Program-made: the position numbers and the translations under genes
Notes under the pieces: generated by a model
Seen by the model: the letters and a program-made list of their open reading frames with translations, nothing else
Databases searched by the model: none
Told to the model about the DNA's origin: nothing
Source of the DNA: Clostridia bacterium
GTDB lineage: Bacteria; Bacillota; Clostridia; UMGS1883
NCBI GenBank assembly: GCA_017466275.1
Contig: JAFTUL010000018.1
Location: 1 to 40,421, forward strand
Reading direction: 5' to 3'
Length of the DNA: 40,421 nucleotides
Shown: positions 39,470-40,421 of the stretch, piece after piece
Numbering within the stretch: the stretch's first letter is position 1
Layout: every line of letters begins with the position of its first letter

Positions 39470-40000
39470 CTAAGAAAATACGAAAAAATTCCCAAATTGG
39501 GAATTTTTGTGTGTACATTCTTTTTTTATTATACCACAGGCGATTTTTTCTCCTGAATTTCCGCTCGGCTGTGTAGTGAAATCATCCGTTTTTGAATGTA
39601 TAATTACAGTTTTGCCTATTATTTCATCTATTGTAAATCTGTCGGTTAGAAAACCCATAAATGCACTGCCGTTATTTCCGAAAAGTGGTGGCATATCTCC
39701 CGAATGTTCGGGGTGCGGACAATTATAGGGGTTATAATGGGTTTTTGCATCTGCATACGGGTCAGTTTCGTTTCCGGTGCAGCTTTCCCCGCTATGAATA
39801 TGGAAACCAAAGACGTTTTTTCCACATTTTCCCCCATTTTTGGGAAGCCCCTGTGCATCTACCACTACAAACACCTTTTCCATCAACCTGTAAAAATAGA
39901 CATTTGCCTTTACTGATTCATACTCATCCTTTCCGCGCACATTTGCATATGCCGCAGGCGGTCTTTTCAACATTGATGATAATGCTAAATAATTCATCAT
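39470..40000 (-). CDS. Cu/Zn superoxide dismutase family protein, no obvious signal peptide
   Basis: FGFHIH, HYNP, HPEHSGD, IIH, GNSGEKIACG. ATG 40000 after GGGAGAG. Confidence 0.88.
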   Translation of the reverse strand: MMNYLALSSMLKRPPAAYANVRGKDEYESVKANVYFYRLMEKVFVVVDAQGLPKNGGKCGKNVFGFHIHSGESCTGNETDPYADAKTHYNPYNCPHPEHSGDMPPLFGNNGSAFMGFLTDRFTIDEIIGKTVIIHSKTDDFTTQPSGNSGEKIACGIIKKECTHKNSQFGNFFVFS

Positions 40001-40080
40001 ATAAAAACTCTCCCGAAATAATGATTTCAGAATCATTATATGATGTGTTAGTGCAGCTTGATTATATTAAAAAGGAACAC

Positions 40081-40112
40081 AAAAAAGCAAGTCGTTATGA
40101 CTTGCTTTTTTT
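40081..40112 (-). terminator. Terminator following the degenerate 5S copy
   Basis: AAAAAAGCAAGTC-gttat-GACTTGCTTTTTT. Confidence 0.8.
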
Positions 40113-40115
40113 GGT

Positions 40116-40186
40116 TCCGGCGACGACCTACTTTCCCAGGCGGCTTCCCGAGAGGTTAATCAGCACTGCAGAGCTTAACTAATGTG
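40116..40186 (-). pseudogene. Degenerate partial 5S rRNA copy (3' ~70 nt only)
   Basis: Minus strand reads AGTTAAGCTCTGCAGTGCTGAT-taacctctc-GGGAAGCCGCCTGGGAAAGTAGGTCGTCGCCGGA. The loop E/helix IV 5' strand is altered and no intact 5' helix I strand was found. Confidence 0.7.
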
Positions 40187-40349
40187 GAGGAATTACAGTA
40201 TAGCCCGTGATTCAAGCCTTCAAGAGCGCAGAAGAACGGTAAGCTATACTGCATGCCAAAACACACGAGAAAACGCCTGTCCTCTCTCTGGCAGGCGGAG
40301 GCTCGATTGTGTTTACGGTGGGAACGGAGTTTCCGTTCCGAACAAAAAT

Positions 40350-40382
40350 AAAAAAGAGCAAGTCTTTCGACTTACTCTTTTT
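40350..40382 (-). terminator. Terminator directly after the 5S rRNA
   Basis: Minus strand AAAAAGAGTAAGTC-GAAA-GACTTGCTCTTTTTT (GNRA loop). Confidence 0.8.
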
Positions 40383-40385
40383 AGT

Positions 40386-40421
40386 TCCGGCGACGACCTA
40401 CTTTCCCAGGCGGCTTCCCAC
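40386..40421 (-). rRNA. rrf: 5S rRNA 3' end, truncated by the window edge
   Basis: Minus strand GTGGGAAGCCGCCTGGGAAAGTAGGTCGTCGCCGGA matches Firmicute 5S helix IV/V/I. Only 36 nt are visible, so it could also be a partial copy. Confidence 0.7.

Noticed and set aside
40114-40419. 36-bp direct repeat as a CRISPR array
   Set aside because: Only two copies, 234 nt apart. The repeat is 5S rRNA sequence and no cas genes are present.

Overview
Chromosomal window from a Firmicute, most likely a Clostridia member, judged from gene content, gene order and sigmaA-type promoters. Most of it is core genome: hup, mazG, a SpoVB/YabM flippase, the TIGR03960/TIGR03936 radical-SAM pair, a THUMP methyltransferase, GH13, rlmD, miaB-ylbF-mutS-mutL-miaA-hfq, yggS-sepF-ylmH, lspA-rluA-metG-tatD, a GH3 lipoprotein and a Cu/Zn SOD. 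The window ends inside a 5S rRNA sequence. Four features stand out. (1) A ~2.7 kb AT-rich island with no integrase sits in the 3' end of rlmD, and a second copy of the RlmD C-terminal motif is readable at 16509-16565. It carries a PD-(D/E)xK nuclease, a 2-TM protein and a beta-CASP/MBL nuclease, the last two each broken by one in-frame stop; it is a candidate undescribed anti-phage cassette. (2) A tandem duplication of promoter + yybP-ykoY Mn2+ riboswitch + CaCA antiporter runs into an MntE-type (ND/DD) CDF and an M20 dipeptidase. (3) Several 140-400 nt multi-branched palindromic intergenic elements are present. (4) A degenerate 5S rRNA 3' half plus terminator is duplicated. All calls come from reading the sequence and recalling motifs; no searches were run.
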